In this document: positions 62,246 to 64,000 of the stretch, in pieces
How the letters are laid out: every line of letters starts with the position of its first letter
Numbering within the stretch: the stretch's first letter is position 1
Origin: Bugula neritina
Taxonomy: Eukaryota; Animalia; Bryozoa
Assembly: GCA_964035545.1 (NCBI GenBank)
Contig: OZ037766.1
Span: 3,162,001 to 3,226,000 of the forward strand
Length of the DNA: 64,000 bases
Reading direction: 5' to 3'
Position numbers and translations under genes: made by a program
The notes under the pieces: model-generated
Databases searched by the model: none
What the model was told of the DNA's origin: nothing
Seen by the model: the letters and a program-made list of their open reading frames with translations, nothing else

Positions 62246-64000
62246 ATTAGAATATAAGTGTTGAAAAATTAATGATTTAATAAAATTATATTTTTTAAAA
62301 TGTTTATACACTGTATGTTATTTTTTCTCGATTTTGGCCAACAAGTAACAGCAACATTCTTCAAATTTCTATCTTAAAATATAATTGGTTTATCATGCGT
62401 GGTGATAATACGATGCATATATATGCCTATATAAAGTTTCCACTATAGCAATTTCATATCAACTGAGATAAAAATTCTGAAGTCGATGCAGAGTCACTTC
62501 TAGCAAAAAATAGTTTTTGATAAAACTAAACAAAAATATTAAACTTTTATCAGTCCTCCATTTCTTAAATGTTTTGAGGTTTTTAAAATCGCATTTTAGC
62601 AAAAATATTCTTAAGGTTGTACGCAGTAAAATTCAGTAATCTACAAAATCTGAAAATTTTTCTAAAGTTAGTACCGTATTGAGCTAGCACCAGACACGCG
62701 GTTTAGAAATTCTATCGCACTTCTACAGCTGGAATTCTAAAGTTATAACTACTGGAAACAATTTATTAACTTAGCATTTTTTTTGATATTATTTTCTAGC
62801 AGCCCAAATATTTAAAGTACCTAAACAACGATATATACTGATATAGCTGGTACAGGTGAGAAGTAATTACAGGTTATAATTCAAATGACAATAATAAAAG
62901 TTGTATTTATACCTTCAAATGCTTGTAGCTTACGCAAGATTTGAACATAAGTTAAACATTTGAAAAGATGATATACTTGTAGCCTGTAATTTACTCTATG
63001 CGTAAAGCGTTATAATAGTTTAATGATAGAATTAAATTTTCAGGTGTATAACAGTGGGGAACTAACGATAATTTACCCATTCAAGCTGTTAGAACTGTTG
63101 ACCACATACTAAGTTGTTGTAGAAATGTTTTACACTTGAGGTAGAAGCTTGTTACAAATTACGGACTCCTGAACAAATTTTACAAATAAATATATATGCT
63201 ATAACTTTAGCTGTAAGTACGAAAACTTTAGTTTAATTTCTTGTAAAACTACGCCCCTTTAATTGTGTAAGAGCTAAAAGTTGATGCTAAGCTAAATCGA
63301 TGCAAACCTTTAAAGTTTGGTTCTAAAATAACAAGCATTGTTTAAAATAGTTACTTGAAGTATCGGATTTTCTTTAGCTACAGATATTTGAACACTTATA
63401 ACTGCTTTTATGGTTTTATCAAAAGTTGTTTTTTAAAACTATTTTTAGTTGCAAGCAAAAACATAAACTCTCAGTGCATGAGTATTGATTTGGTGGCCTT
63501 GAAAAACTTTCTACATAGGTGCGGCAGAGCTTTTATATTACCTGTCTTAATTCCGTGATGGTATATAACCCTAATTTGCATAAAGTACTTTCTAAGCTGT
63601 AAAATTAAGCCGGTAACTTATAACTAGCATTTTCAGGATGCTGGGATATTTCCAAGATGGCATTTTTAGTTTTAAATATATTTAGGGGCTTCATCCCAGA
63701 TAGACACATCTCAGTTATAGAACCTATTTTCATTTTGATACAATATTATATAATGTAGTAATATATTTATATATAGCTATATGTATGAATATATAGCTAA
63801 TATAAATTATATCTGGAATAATATTTCAATTTTCACTGACATGCAGTTGTCTTTTTTAGATTATCATTAAATTTAAGCAAAAACATAAACTCTCAGTGGG
63901 TATCGATTTGGTGGCCCTGAAAAGGGCCGTTGTGGTTATAGTAGAAGTCAAGAGCTATCTTCACGGTATCTTTTCCTCAATGCCTGTTGGAGTCTCTGAG

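Overview
AT-rich, intron-rich invertebrate (metazoan) genomic DNA; the species cannot be determined from the sequence alone. I assembled six multi-exon protein-coding genes by hand from GT-AG junctions and reading phase. They are EDRF1 (5' part, minus), a long-chain acyl-CoA synthetase (minus), an unusual four-CCCH zinc finger + C-terminal RING-H2 protein (minus), HBS1L with its alternative SKI7-like terminal exon (plus, head-to-head with the CCCH-RING gene), a secreted Reeler-domain protein with two candidate last exons (plus), and a divergent class A GPCR (plus). Mobile DNA includes a tRNA-derived SINE family, two small MITEs, and two ISL2EU-like foldback elements with ~0.88 kb inverted arms, one still carrying a transposase fragment without its catalytic domain. 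The most interesting signals are: (1) the CCCH4-RING-H2 architecture next to HBS1L/SKI7; (2) kb-scale degenerate 6-bp-periodic DNA confined to inferred promoter-proximal first introns; (3) the long-arm foldbacks; (4) tandem arrays of duplicated splice acceptors; (5) a hidden Lys/Gly-rich alternative tail on the Reeler protein.
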